Positions 42,677-43,583 of a DNA stretch of 43,583 nt are shown here, piece after piece. Position numbers and translations under genes: made by a program. Source of the stretch: a phage; the NCBI GenBank assembly GCA_012646105.1, contig GCA_012646105.1_4328.1; one strand, 5' to 3'. The notes beneath the pieces were generated by a model, which saw only the letters and a list, made by a program, of their open reading frames with translations, ran no database searches and had not been told where the DNA came from. Every line of letters starts with the position of its first letter. The stretch's first letter is position 1.

Positions 42677-43583
42677 TTACCAGTCAGTGTAAACGATTAA
42701 TCCACGCATTAAGTTTCTATATATTGTTGTGGTGCTGGAAGGAAAGTTGAATTGTATTGTAGACATTTTACCTTTTACAGGTGATGCAATAGCACTCTTC
42801 ATCCCAAACTTAAATGGCGCTGCCGAAGTGATAGCGGTATAAGTTACGTCCTCTCCGAAGTATCCATCCTCTGTAGCCCCCATTAAGACTGCACCATTTA
42901 TAGATGCACCACCATTCAGTGCGATCATCTGAACCCAAGCGCTAAAGCCTTTCCTATACCTGATAGTGGTAGCAAAAGCTGACGATGCACCTTTGAATGC
43001 AATACCAGACACTTTTACATCGGTTTGCGTGGTTGTATGGTCACTATTGGCAGAAGCCGTAATTATACGGGTAGGCCATGCATTATTGGTAATCAAACCA
43101 TCGCTACTATTTGGGTCTTTAGGCATAGCCTTTTGGAGTAAACCACCTAAACTCCAATGAGTTCCTGATGTACGCCCACCTCCAAATAGATAAGCCTCAG
43201 TAACGAGGGGTTTAACATAGGTTTTCGCAGCGAGTCCTTGTACCAGTTCCCTAAACCTTTGTGTATCTCGTATTCTTGCTGTGATCCCAGCATCACCGAC
43301 ACCATCCCATACAAAAGCACCAAATTCACCATTGCCGGCTTGTCCGAAGATATCACCAGCTTTTTGCATCTGCTCTACGGTGCCAAAGTTTGCACCTGAA
43401 AAGGCTGCTACTACAGGGATAACACGCGTAGTATTAAGCATCTGCATTAAGCCGCCATAGTCTAAGCGCATATGAATCAAGTCCTCTTCTACTGCCTCGT
43501 CAGTAGTAACACCATCCCGTGCTAATGAGTATGAGTTACACAGGACTATGTCATATTTGGTTGAGTAGCACTGTTCGAATGGA
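42677..43583 (-). CDS. 5'-truncated ORF (at least 302 codons), possible C-terminal part of tailspike or other tail protein
   Basis: frame open to the window end with no stop; ORF-track start 43480 is only the first TTG; ends at bidirectional terminator. Confidence 0.45.
   Translation of the reverse strand, partial: PFEQCYSTKYDIVLCNSYSLARDGVTTDEAVEEDLIHMRLDYGGLMQMLNTTRVIPVVAAFSGANFGTVEQMQKAGDIFGQAGNGEFGAFVWDGVGDAGITARIRDTQRFRELVQGLAAKTYVKPLVTEAYLFGGGRTSGTHWSLGGLLQKAMPKDPNSSDGLITNNAWPTRIITASANSDHTTTQTDVKVSGIAFKGASSAFATTIRYRKGFSAWVQMIALNGGASINGAVLMGATEDGYFGEDVTYTAITSAAPFKFGMKSAIASPVKGKMSTIQFNFPSSTTTIYRNLMRGLIVYTDW

Noticed and set aside
1-43583. Direct circular join of window end to window start forming one tailspike gene
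   Set aside because: Hand-checked reading frames of the two edge ORFs are offset by one nucleotide across a 43583-to-1 junction, so a simple join is not supported.

Overview
The window reads as a nearly complete, tightly packed genome of a tailed dsDNA bacteriophage (siphovirus-type morphogenesis module, roughly 50% GC by eye), not a bacterial chromosome segment. Gene order and size loosely recall Jersey-like/Guernseyvirinae enterobacterial phages, but that is a tentative recollection only. All calls come from reading the six-frame translations and the DNA by eye; no database search was run. Layout: (i) 1-23.7 kb, minus-strand late operon: terminase small and large subunits, portal, head morphogenesis protein, Rz/Rz1 spanins, scaffold, major capsid, Ig-like decoration proteins, connectors, major tail protein, chaperone pair, tape measure, minor tail proteins, central fibre, and a tailspike that runs off the left edge. 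(ii) 23.8-29.9 kb, minus-strand early operons of very small translationally coupled ORFs, including holin/endolysin and an HslV-like peptidase gene. (iii) 30.3-42.6 kb, plus-strand replication module: AlpA-like HTH, primase-helicase, HNH-AP2 endonuclease, Cas4-like nuclease, DUF2815-like SSB, family A DNA polymerase, VRR-NUC, DNA methyltransferase, SNF2-like helicase. Main candidates for something new: two counter-oriented cassettes inserted in the late operon, each with its own promoter and terminator. One (9.1-11.0 kb) encodes a superinfection-immunity-like membrane protein, an HTH-metallophosphoesterase fusion and two small proteins; the other (18.2-18.8 kb) a single unknown 173 aa protein. 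Both are driven by a conserved promoter with an embedded palindromic operator that recurs at eight or more sites. Other points: a perfect 10 bp tandem duplication inside the HslV-like gene, spanins placed about 8.5 kb from the holin-endolysin cassette, and two long non-coding regions.
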